Virus record (IMG/VR): IMGVR_UViG_3300025316_000590 | Span: 64,134 to 128,133 of that record | DNA length: 64,000 bases | Source of the DNA: a virus | Taxonomy: Duplodnaviria; Heunggongvirae; Uroviricota; Caudoviricetes | Reading direction: 5' to 3' (one strand) | Shown: in pieces, positions 1 through 8,415 of the stretch | Layout: the number at the start of each line of letters is the position of its first letter | Numbering within the stretch: the stretch's first letter is position 1 | Notes under the pieces: model-generated | Database searches by the model: none | What the model was told of the DNA's origin: nothing | The model's input: only the letters and a program-made list of their open reading frames with translations | Made by a program: the position numbers and the translations under genes

Positions 1-615
1 CACGGTCGGTGGCTGCGTTCAGCTATAACGTCGGCCTATAAGCAGTCCTGGCCCGCACACGAGGTCATTGTTGTCGACGACGGATCGACGGATGATACTG
101 CTGCGGTCGCCACTGAAATGGGTGTGAAGCTCATACAGCAGCCCCACAGTGGCCCGTCTGCTGCTCGCAACGCCGGCATTGCTGCAGCCACTGGAAGCCA
201 CATTCTGCCGTTGGACGCAGACGATATTCTACATAAGAACTTCATCGAGGTGACTCTGCGTCGGCGACGTGATATCGTTGGAACTTACGTGCAGAACTTT
301 GGCACGGACAACCGGCTGTGGCGGCAGAACAATTTGCAGCCCACATATAACGATATGATGCGGGAGAACAGCTTGGTGGTGACCTGTCTATTCCAGCGTG
401 TGATCTGGGAAACCATCGGTGGATTCGACACCAAGTTCGACGGTGTTGAGGACTGGGAATTCTGGGTGCGGGCACTAGACCGTGGCTATACCGCGGTTAT
501 TGTACCGGAGGTGCTGTTCTACTATCGGCACTGCGATGGGCCGTCAGTATCCAAAAACACTATCGGCGTGCGAAGTTCGTTGCGGGAATCCGTGCGGGCT
601 AAGCGTGCTGTATGA
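1..615 (+). CDS. Glycosyltransferase family 2 (5' end outside window)
   Basis: Frame is open from base 1. It contains EVIVVDDGSTDDT, GPSAARNAG, LPLDADD and GGFD...EDWEFW, all GT2 motifs. Confidence 0.9.
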   Translation, partial: HGRWLRSAITSAYKQSWPAHEVIVVDDGSTDDTAAVATEMGVKLIQQPHSGPSAARNAGIAAATGSHILPLDADDILHKNFIEVTLRRRRDIVGTYVQNFGTDNRLWRQNNLQPTYNDMMRENSLVVTCLFQRVIWETIGGFDTKFDGVEDWEFWVRALDRGYTAVIVPEVLFYYRHCDGPSVSKNTIGVRSSLRESVRAKRAV

Positions 616-891
616 TACCAACGCCATTTTAAGACGATGAGGCATATCAATTTGTGCCTTGACGGTTTCTGTGGAAATCAACAGACTGGGATAAATGATG
701 TTGATGTGTCCGCAGGAGAACATGATACAAAACCCAATACTTGCCGGTTTAGACCAGCAAAAATAATCGTTGAACGACGTGCATAGAGATGGCACACTGA
801 ACGAAGCATTGGGAGATCAGTCGATCCTGATAGGAAACACTACGGCATCGGAAAGCACAGCCGTCGCACTTAAAACAAAGGAGATTTAGTC

Positions 892-1914
892 ATGCCTTCT
901 TATCCCGTTCTCGGCGAACTCATCAGGATTGGTGATATCATCCTGCAAGAACGCCCGAACTACGAGTCCCGCAAATTGGTCAACGTCGTGAATCCCACGA
1001 CCGCCGCCATGACCATCTTGAAGGGCCAGGTTCTGGCAGGCAACGCCGTCATGGCGACCTTCCCCGCGTACACCAGCAACGTCAACTACATGATCGGTGC
1101 CGTGGTCAACTACAGCGGTGCGAACTACGTCTGCACCGTGAACAACACGACCCAGACGCCTGGTTCGGGCACGGCCTGGGCCTTGCTGTCCGCAGCCAAG
1201 TCTGGCGTGGTCTACCCGCTGGCCGACAACCCGCTGGGTCAGTCGACCACGGTGACGATCACCCTCGCCGCGACGCCCACCGGCGGTACGTTCCAGATCG
1301 GCTACGGTTCGCTGGGCTACGGTGCTTACAGCCTGGGCCAGGAAATCACCGGAGCCTTGGCGTACAACGCCGCCGCGGCCACAATCGTGGCCGCCTTGCA
1401 GCAGCTCAGCCCCGACCTCGCGGGTGTCACCGCGACCTGGACAACCGCAGCGATTCTGACGCTGACCATTCCCGCCTCGGCCATGCCCCAGGACGGCCTG
1501 CTTCCGTTCACCGTCTACCCGGCGAGCTTGACGGGTGCAGGTGCTAACGGCATCCCGGTCATCGTCGTTCAGGAAGGTGTTCTGCCCCAGCAGCCCGCCT
1601 CCTGCGTGAGCCTTCAGCAGGTCACGGTGGCCGCAGGCCAGTCAGCCCAGCTTCTGGTGGTGGTCCGCGAAGCCATGTTGAAGCCTGGCTACCTCACCTA
1701 TGTTCCGGTGCAGAACACCAACGTGCTGGCCTCGGGCCTCACGCAAGTGGCCTTCACCGAAGCGGCGAGTGCGGCCACGATTGCCCTGGCCAACCAGCAA
1801 CTCGAATACTACCAGTTGATGGTAGTCCTCACGCAGCCGAGCTTCGGCACGGCTCAGGACGTCGACCTCAACGAGCGTGTGATGACTCCCACGCAGGGTA
1901 TCGTCGGCCTGTAA
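892..1914 (+). CDS. Head decoration protein with inserted carbohydrate-binding-like module
   Basis: Lies directly upstream of the capsid gene with a GGAG RBS. N-terminal IGDII..E...YESR and GQVLA resemble lambda gpD-like decoration proteins. Insert YMIGAVVNYSGANYVC...TPGSGTAW resembles CBM5/12. Confidence 0.65.
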   Translation: MPSYPVLGELIRIGDIILQERPNYESRKLVNVVNPTTAAMTILKGQVLAGNAVMATFPAYTSNVNYMIGAVVNYSGANYVCTVNNTTQTPGSGTAWALLSAAKSGVVYPLADNPLGQSTTVTITLAATPTGGTFQIGYGSLGYGAYSLGQEITGALAYNAAAATIVAALQQLSPDLAGVTATWTTAAILTLTIPASAMPQDGLLPFTVYPASLTGAGANGIPVIVVQEGVLPQQPASCVSLQQVTVAAGQSAQLLVVVREAMLKPGYLTYVPVQNTNVLASGLTQVAFTEAASAATIALANQQLEYYQLMVVLTQPSFGTAQDVDLNERVMTPTQGIVGL

Positions 1915-2082
1915 ACCGAAACGGTACGAACCACCTTACGGCCCGTTGGCTGCGACAGGATCGCGGCGACGGGCCTATAGGCGTGACAAAGGCCGATGCC
2001 TTGGAACCGAATACATTGACCACGGCGGCATGAGCCACGTGCGAACAAGCGAATGTAACCCGTCTCAGAAGGAGTTTTAACC

Positions 2083-3234
2083 ATGATTCTTGACGTCTTT
2101 CGCGGCGATGCCTACAGCATGACCGCGCTGACACAGTCCATCCTCAAGCTGCCCTACAAACCGGGACGCCTGGGCGAGATGGGCCTGTTCCAGGACAAGT
2201 CGGTCAACACCTTGACGGTGGTCGTCGAGGAAAAGAACGGCGTCCTGGCACTGCTGAACCCGATGCCCCGTGGGGCACAGTCGGCGAGCGACTACCGTAC
2301 CATGCGGAAGGCTCGTTCTTTCCTGATCCCGCACATCCCGATGGACGGCCAGATTCTGGCCGCCGATGTCATGGGCGTGCGAGCCTTCGGGTCCGAGAAC
2401 GAACTTCTCACGGTGGCGGGGCTTGTCAACGAGCGACTGATGGAAATGCGGTCGCACCACGAGGTCACCCTCGAATACCTGCGCATGGGCGCACTGCACG
2501 GTGTGATCCTGAACCCGGACGGCACAACCCTCTACGATCTCTTCAACGAGTTCGGCATGGCCAACGTTCCGGTTCCGGTGGGCTTCACCAGCGGCTACGC
2601 TCAGGCCACCACGCCCGACAGCAGCGCGGCAGCGTACAACCCCGAATTCGGCATGGGCCAAGCCTATCTCGACATCGGCGGTAAGGGCAACAGCCCGACG
2701 TTGCTCGGCTTGGGTGCCGGTCAGCACTGCTACACGTTCAACTTCTCCGATCCGACGTATGACGTCCGTGGAACGTGCGTGAGCATCGCCCGCGACATGG
2801 AGAAGAGCCTGGGCATGGCGACCTACGATCACCTGCACGCGTTCTGCGGTGCGAACTTCTTCGACGCCTTGATCGATCACGACGACGTTCGTGCGACCTT
2901 CCTGAACTGGTTCCAGGCCCAGAACCTGCGCCAGGACGTGCGCAAGGGTTTCGATTACGGCGGAATCGTGTGGGAAAACTACCGCGGTACGGTCGGCGGC
3001 ACGGTCTTCCAAGACCCGAATAGCTGCACGATCTTCCCGGTCGGCGTTCCCCAGTTGTTCATGACCTACTACGCCCCGGCAGACTTCGCCGAGACGGTGA
3101 ACACCCCCGGCTTGCCGATCTACGCCAAGCAGGAGCCGCTGCCCTTCAACCGCGGCGTTCAGCTTCACACGCAGAGCAACCCTCTGCCGCTGTGCTGCCG
3201 TCCGCTGACCCTGATCAAGGGCCGGGCCAGCTAA
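2083..3234 (+). CDS. Major capsid protein (lambda gpE-like, Phage_cap_E family)
   Basis: Family-typical segments MILDVF...MTALT..I...PYKPGRLG..GLF, HEVTLEYLRMGALHG and LHTQSNPLPLC. There is an extra ~45-aa insertion in the middle. AAGGAG RBS. Confidence 0.9.
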   Translation: MILDVFRGDAYSMTALTQSILKLPYKPGRLGEMGLFQDKSVNTLTVVVEEKNGVLALLNPMPRGAQSASDYRTMRKARSFLIPHIPMDGQILAADVMGVRAFGSENELLTVAGLVNERLMEMRSHHEVTLEYLRMGALHGVILNPDGTTLYDLFNEFGMANVPVPVGFTSGYAQATTPDSSAAAYNPEFGMGQAYLDIGGKGNSPTLLGLGAGQHCYTFNFSDPTYDVRGTCVSIARDMEKSLGMATYDHLHAFCGANFFDALIDHDDVRATFLNWFQAQNLRQDVRKGFDYGGIVWENYRGTVGGTVFQDPNSCTIFPVGVPQLFMTYYAPADFAETVNTPGLPIYAKQEPLPFNRGVQLHTQSNPLPLCCRPLTLIKGRAS

Positions 3235-3382
3235 GTACGAACCCTGATAGTAGCGGGGGTTGATTAAACATTGGAAACGTAACGGCCCGCGCAAGCGGGC
3301 CGCGGCGTTTCGGCAGACAGTACCGGGCCGAACGCCAACTATCATCGACGGTACAACCAACAATTGTTTGGAGATTACTCAA

Positions 3383-3616
3383 ATGGTCATCGCTCTTTCA
3401 GTCCACGCCACCCACGACGAAGCCCAGGCCCATGCCGTCACCATGTGTGAAGAGGCATACGGCGGTCAACTCGTGTCGGCCATCGTCGCCCTCATCAAGC
3501 AGGGCCTCACCAGCCTGCCGGAAATCCTGGCCGAACTCCAGAAGCTGGGCATCTCCCTGCCGCCTTGGGTGAGCTTGGTGATCAACATCCTTCTGACCGT
3601 CCTGAAGCCGGCCTAA
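3383..3616 (+). CDS. Small hypothetical protein with hydrophobic C-terminus
   Basis: GGAG RBS before the ATG at 3383; hydrophobic tail. Confidence 0.55.
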   Translation: MVIALSVHATHDEAQAHAVTMCEEAYGGQLVSAIVALIKQGLTSLPEILAELQKLGISLPPWVSLVINILLTVLKPA

Positions 3617-3841
3617 CCCGCCCGAGGTTTCAATGGACGGGAACCGGATTGTAATTAACCGGGTGGACGACGAGAATACAGGGTGCTGCGGCGTCGAGAT
3701 CAGTTACGGTAAGACGCTAATTGTTCTCGACCCCCAGCACAACTGCGCGCGGTCCACCCGGTTCGACTTGGTTCTCGAACGAACCATCATCTTCGATAGC
3801 AACCTCCACTGCAATCACAAACAGCCGAACGAGACCGAATC

Positions 3842-4984
3842 ATGCGAAAGTATCTCTTCTCCTGCGCAGTAATGTTTGTCACGACATTGCTCGCCTGCAT
3901 GGCCCTGCTGGCTGCCGCCGCGGGCACGAATGACTCCGATGTGCCTCCGCCGCCGAAGGCGACCGTGGCCGATCACCAAGTACCCGCGGGCGTCCTGCCC
4001 GCTAAACCGAAGGCGGCGGACCCAGTTCCCACGCCGACACCCGCACCAACGCCCATTCCTGCCCCGACACCGCCACCGTCGCCCGCACCCACGCCCGAGC
4101 CGTCCGATCCCCTAGTCAGCCTTCTGCTGGCCTCACAGACCGCCGACGCGGCCCTCAAGAAGGCTCAGGCTATAACGGACGACGCAGCAGCCGCCCTGGC
4201 CAAGACACAAGACGGCCTGAAAACAGCCCAGACTGCCAGCGAGGAAGCATGGCTGGCGTTTATGGGCGAGGTAAGTCGCCGACACCGCCCGACGCCCGTG
4301 CTGACGAAGATCACCGTATCCCCGACCAAGGTCGCCCTGGCAACAGGCAGCGTGCAGATATTTGCTGCCGCGGCCTACGACCAGACCGGCGTGAAGATGG
4401 ATAAGCAGCCCGCGTTCAAGTGGACGACCAGCGTAGGCACGATCAACAGCAACGGTATGCTGACCGCCAGGGCTTCGGCCTGTGAAGGCGACGTGACGGC
4501 CACCAGCGGCAACATCAGCGGCACGGCTACCGTGAACGTGACCGCCCCAGTCGATCCGAACCCGCCCGCACCACAGCCTCCTACGCCGCAGCCCGGAACC
4601 ACGAGCAACCTTCGCGTTCTGGTCTGCTACAACCCGATGGCTGACATTCAGGAAGCACAGTGGGTGATCTTCACGTCGCCTAAGCTACGCACGTGGCTGG
4701 ACGCTCATTGCCCGAACGAAGATGGTCAGATACGCAAGTGCAACGGTAACGGAACATGCACCATGCAAACCGTCACCAAGCACAGCTATCGGATCATCCC
4801 GTCGTCCAACGACCCCACCGGCGATACAGCCATCTGGTTGCCGCTGGAACGAGACATCATACAGCACGGCAACTTCCCGTGGATTCGCGCATGGGATACC
4901 AAGGGTGAATTGGTTATCGACCAGTCCCTGCCGTCGTCCGTCGCGGATACGTTGACGCTGCTGAAGAAGTACGGCGGCGACTAA
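3842..4984 (+). CDS. Secreted/virion protein with Pro-rich linkers and an Ig-like (Big_2) domain
   Basis: N-terminal signal peptide, PTP repeats, and ITVSPTKVALATGSVQIFAAAAYDQTG..W...VGTINSNG typical of Big_2. Confidence 0.75.
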   Translation: MRKYLFSCAVMFVTTLLACMALLAAAAGTNDSDVPPPPKATVADHQVPAGVLPAKPKAADPVPTPTPAPTPIPAPTPPPSPAPTPEPSDPLVSLLLASQTADAALKKAQAITDDAAAALAKTQDGLKTAQTASEEAWLAFMGEVSRRHRPTPVLTKITVSPTKVALATGSVQIFAAAAYDQTGVKMDKQPAFKWTTSVGTINSNGMLTARASACEGDVTATSGNISGTATVNVTAPVDPNPPAPQPPTPQPGTTSNLRVLVCYNPMADIQEAQWVIFTSPKLRTWLDAHCPNEDGQIRKCNGNGTCTMQTVTKHSYRIIPSSNDPTGDTAIWLPLERDIIQHGNFPWIRAWDTKGELVIDQSLPSSVADTLTLLKKYGGD

Positions 4985-5019
4985 TCATCCTTTAACCGAA
5001 GAACCTGGAGCATACGATC

Positions 5020-5835
5020 ATGTCTGCATTTCCCTACTTGGTTTTGACTTCCCGTAACCGCCGGCAGTACGCCGCGACCAAGGCGTCCCGCGGGACGCCG
5101 AACAGCAAGGGCTACATGGGCTGGACCAAGCCCGGCACGAACAAGATGATGGAGGCTGGCGAGCCCCTCACCGAGATCATTCCTCGCAGCGAGTGGAAGG
5201 ATCGCATCATCGCCGGGCAGGGCAACTTCCTGTCCGACTTGGTGAAACAGGCTGGCATGCCCGTGAAGGATCAGGACGGCCTGGGTTACTGCTGGGTCTA
5301 CGGATCCACCACCTGCGTTCAGGTGGCCCGTATCAAGGCCGGCCTGCCCCACGTCGAACTGTCTCCGGAAAGTGTCGGCGGTCCCTGCACCGGATGGCGC
5401 AACCAGGGCGGCTACGCCAGCGAGGCGTTCCAGCAGCTTGAGACGTATGGTGCGTGCGAGAGCAGCTTCATGAACGCCCCCAACAGCCTGAACTGGCGTG
5501 GTTGGCAGGCGGGTTGGCAAGCCAACGCCCTCAAGCACCGCGTGCAGCGATGGTACGATATCGGCAATGAGTTCCCGATCTACGATGAGGTGATCAGCCT
5601 CCTGCTCAAGGGCATGCCGGTCGCGGCGGGCTTGGATTGGTGGGGTCACCTGATCATCTTCATGGACGCCATCATCCTTCCCGACAACACGGTCGGTGTG
5701 CTGGCCCGCAACTCCTGGGGCACAAGCTGGCCTGGCATTCAGGGATTGACCAGCGACGGTTGGTTCTGCCTGGACGAGGACTCGGCCACTCCCGATGGTG
5801 CGGCTTCGCCAATTGTGGTGACTCTCGACCAGTAG
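5020..5835 (+). CDS. Papain-like (C1) cysteine peptidase
   Basis: Catalytic motifs QDGLGYCW (Gln/Cys), GHLII (His) and RNSWG (Asn). Confidence 0.85.
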   Translation: MSAFPYLVLTSRNRRQYAATKASRGTPNSKGYMGWTKPGTNKMMEAGEPLTEIIPRSEWKDRIIAGQGNFLSDLVKQAGMPVKDQDGLGYCWVYGSTTCVQVARIKAGLPHVELSPESVGGPCTGWRNQGGYASEAFQQLETYGACESSFMNAPNSLNWRGWQAGWQANALKHRVQRWYDIGNEFPIYDEVISLLLKGMPVAAGLDWWGHLIIFMDAIILPDNTVGVLARNSWGTSWPGIQGLTSDGWFCLDEDSATPDGAASPIVVTLDQ

Positions 5836-5965
5836 GATAAACGGGGTTTTTGTTCCCCGCCGAATCCTGTATAATAAACGCAACCGAAAGATGACCTGGA
5901 CCGACAAGGCAGGGCTGTGTGGCCCTGCCGTAAGTCGGTCAAAACCTTGGAAGGAGAATTTCCAA

Positions 5966-6394
5966 ATGAAGTTCGCGTGTTACCTGTTGGTCGCCGTGGC
6001 GGCCTTGTTCCTCCTCGCCTCGCCCGCAATGGCTTGGCCCTGGACCCCCGTACCGAAGCCCTGTGCTCCGGTTACCGTTCTTCCGGCTGCCTGTGCCCAG
6101 GTTGCGACCTGCACCACATGTGCCACCTGTGAGACTGCGATCTGCGAGGGCCGACGTCACATCGCTCCGGTACGAAATTTACTGAAGGGCGTCGTCGAAC
6201 GTCACCAGGCTCGCGTTGCCGACCGGGAGGCCCGCCGTGAGGCGAGACACGCGGCTAAGGCTACGTGCTCAGCTTGTGCCCCTGCGGCCAAGTGTACCGC
6301 GTGTGCCCCCGCGTGCTGCGCACCAGCAGCCTGCACGCCGAACGCTCCGCTAGGGTCTGTCCCCGCTATTCCAGCGGCACCGGCCCCCAAGTAA
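5966..6394 (+). CDS. Secreted Cys/Ala-rich hypothetical protein
   Basis: AAGGAG RBS, signal peptide, CxxC-rich segments. Confidence 0.65.
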   Translation: MKFACYLLVAVAALFLLASPAMAWPWTPVPKPCAPVTVLPAACAQVATCTTCATCETAICEGRRHIAPVRNLLKGVVERHQARVADREARREARHAAKATCSACAPAAKCTACAPACCAPAACTPNAPLGSVPAIPAAPAPK

Positions 6395-6482
6395 GCGTGA
6401 CGGCTTAGCTTCCGATGAGCCCTGCTGATCATCTCGGTACGGCTCATCCAAGGTAAGCCGTTGTTGTTGCAGAAAGGACATC

Positions 6483-6884
6483 ATGGACGTGCCAGGAACT
6501 GATACCGCAATTCGCATGGCTGAGCACCGTGGTTACGAAGCTGTGCTCCTAACAATCGTCGTCATAGCCTGCCTGCTTCTGGTTGGTGTTCTTATCCGCT
6601 GGCTCATGAAAAGCCAGGACGCCCGTTACGCTGATCTGACCACCGACAAAAACCGGCTGGAGAATCGTGTTTCGGAATTGGAGAAGTTCGTCGAGACCAC
6701 GATGCTGGAGCAGGTGCGGCAATGCACTATGGCTATACAGTCGAATACGGCGGCGGTGGAAACACTGAATAAGGCTTTAGATAATCGGCCATGTATGCTC
6801 GACCACGAGAAACAAACCACTTTAATCCAAGCTATCGCTATGGAGGCTGCGAAGGAGTCATCCGAAGCGAGGCAGGGTAGGTAA
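6483..6884 (+). CDS. Single-TM membrane protein (holin-like candidate)
   Basis: One TM helix followed by a coiled coil; AAGGA RBS. Confidence 0.5.
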   Translation: MDVPGTDTAIRMAEHRGYEAVLLTIVVIACLLLVGVLIRWLMKSQDARYADLTTDKNRLENRVSELEKFVETTMLEQVRQCTMAIQSNTAAVETLNKALDNRPCMLDHEKQTTLIQAIAMEAAKESSEARQGR

Positions 6885-6927
6885 ACGAACCAAGGAGACC
6901 GCCCTCCTGAGCGCGAAGAAAACCGTG

Positions 6928-7035
6928 CCCTGGATCCAAGCCTGGGATCAGAAGGGCAACATGGTGATCGACCAGGAGCTTCCCGGTACGGTCACCGACA
7001 CCCTCAGTCTCCTCAAGAAGTACGTGAGCGAGTAA
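6928..7035 (+). pseudogene. Remnant paralogous to the C-terminus of 3842..4984
   Basis: PWIQAWDQKGNMVIDQELPGTVTDTLSLLKKYVSE* aligns with PWIRAWDTKGELVIDQSLPSSVADTLTLLKKYGGD*. Confidence 0.8.
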
Positions 7036-7069
7036 TCATCAACCATCCACACTCCGGAGAGAAAGTACC

Positions 7070-7510
7070 ATGTCTGCGTTTCCTTATCTCGTCATGACCT
7101 CCCGCAACCGTCGCCAGTATTCGGCGACCAAGGCATCCCGTGGTGCGCCAAACGGCACGGGCTACAAGGGATGGTATAACCCGAACCAGCCCCGCATCAT
7201 GGAGGCCGGTGAGCCCCTGAACGCCATCATCCCCCGCGATGAATGGATCGAACGCATCACCACGGGCCAGGGCAGCATGCTGTCCGACATCGTGAAGCAG
7301 GCGGGCATCCCCGTGAAAAATCAGGACGGACTCGGCTACTGCTGGGTCTATGGATCCACGTCATGCGTCGAGGAGCGAAAGCAGCGACTCACAAAGCTGG
7401 AGCTGATCTCTGACGGTCATACCAAACAACTAGCCTGGTTTGAGCAGGTGCTTCGTCGTTGTTCGTCGTGCCAGCGCGCATCGCAGGAAATAGATAAGGG
7501 CGGATCATGA
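7070..7510 (+). pseudogene. Truncated, chimeric second copy of the papain-like peptidase
   Basis: First ~100 aa are paralogous to 5020..5835 through QDGLGYCWVYGST, then the sequence is unrelated. Catalytic His and Asn are absent. Confidence 0.75.
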
Positions 7511-7842
7511 TCGAAAAGATTCTAAGCAAGATCGCGGATATCGTCGATCGTGTATTCAAGTCGGGGCTCGCTAAGGAGCTGCTGCATGCGACGTGGTTCC
7601 CATCCGCGATGCTTGGGATTTTGATCGTCGCGTTATTCACGGTCGCCCAGCGGGGATACATCGATACGCCCAAGAAGAATCATGAGCTGATCCAGCACAA
7701 CACGGATCAGTTGAATAGCATTCAGGAAGAGCTGTCGACGCGCAAGAAGAAGTTTGAGCGGCTGGAGGCCGAGGACGTTAAGATAAAGGCGAAGATCGTC
7801 GAGCTATGTCCCGACAAGAACGCGAAGGCGGGGCCTAAATGA
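7507..7842 (+). CDS. Membrane protein with coiled coil
   Basis: TM segment followed by heptad-like region; ATGA overlap with the previous ORF. Confidence 0.6.
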   Translation: MIEKILSKIADIVDRVFKSGLAKELLHATWFPSAMLGILIVALFTVAQRGYIDTPKKNHELIQHNTDQLNSIQEELSTRKKKFERLEAEDVKIKAKIVELCPDKNAKAGPK

Positions 7843-8057
7843 ACTATCTCAACTACTCGATTGCCATCATACTCGGATCGCTTTGCGGAGGCCTCCTGTG
7901 GGATGCTTTTCTCGCATTTCGCGGGAAGTTGCGCGACGGATGCGATTACTGCGATGGACTGCGGGCCATCAACAGATACACGGGCGGCCTACTCGCCCTC
8001 ATCCTGCTGGCGATCTGGTGGCATTGTTTTGGTTGGATACCTGAAAATTGGAGATAA
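7839..8057 (+). CDS. Small two-TM membrane protein
   Basis: Two hydrophobic segments; overlaps the previous stop codon. Confidence 0.55.
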   Translation: MNYLNYSIAIILGSLCGGLLWDAFLAFRGKLRDGCDYCDGLRAINRYTGGLLALILLAIWWHCFGWIPENWR

Positions 8058-8060
8058 ATT

Positions 8061-8405
8061 ATGTCTAATCCGTTTATTTTAGTTACCACCCCTCCCACCC
8101 CCGAGCAGATCAAGTCCGCAAAGCTAGAACTAGAGCAGGTGCGGTTGATCCAGGACGGGCAGGCACTCTTGCAGCAATCGCTTGATGTCGTGACGAAGCA
8201 ATGGGAAGGAGTCTGGAACAATCCCGTGTTTACCCCCGCCGAAAAGCTGTCGGCGATGGGCACGAATGCCTGTGCGATCTTCGACACGTCGGCGATTTTC
8301 ACGGCGGCAATCTACTCGATCGACTCGTCATTGCTCGACGCGAAATACTTGTCGGCAGGCTTGCCGTACACCCGTCACGATGATGGCACGATTACACTGG
8401 CATAG
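8061..8405 (+). CDS. Hypothetical protein
   Basis: GGAG RBS; lies within the operon. Confidence 0.65.
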   Translation: MSNPFILVTTPPTPEQIKSAKLELEQVRLIQDGQALLQQSLDVVTKQWEGVWNNPVFTPAEKLSAMGTNACAIFDTSAIFTAAIYSIDSSLLDAKYLSAGLPYTRHDDGTITLA

Positions 8406-8415
8406 GAGTTAGGTT

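Noticed and set aside
2077-3363. Long antisense ORFs (e.g. 2077..3363, 4981..5907, 14519..15319, 47833..48603, 59559..60338, 61113..61937)
   Set aside because: They are shadows of well-supported genes on the opposite strand in GC-rich DNA, with no motifs or RBS.
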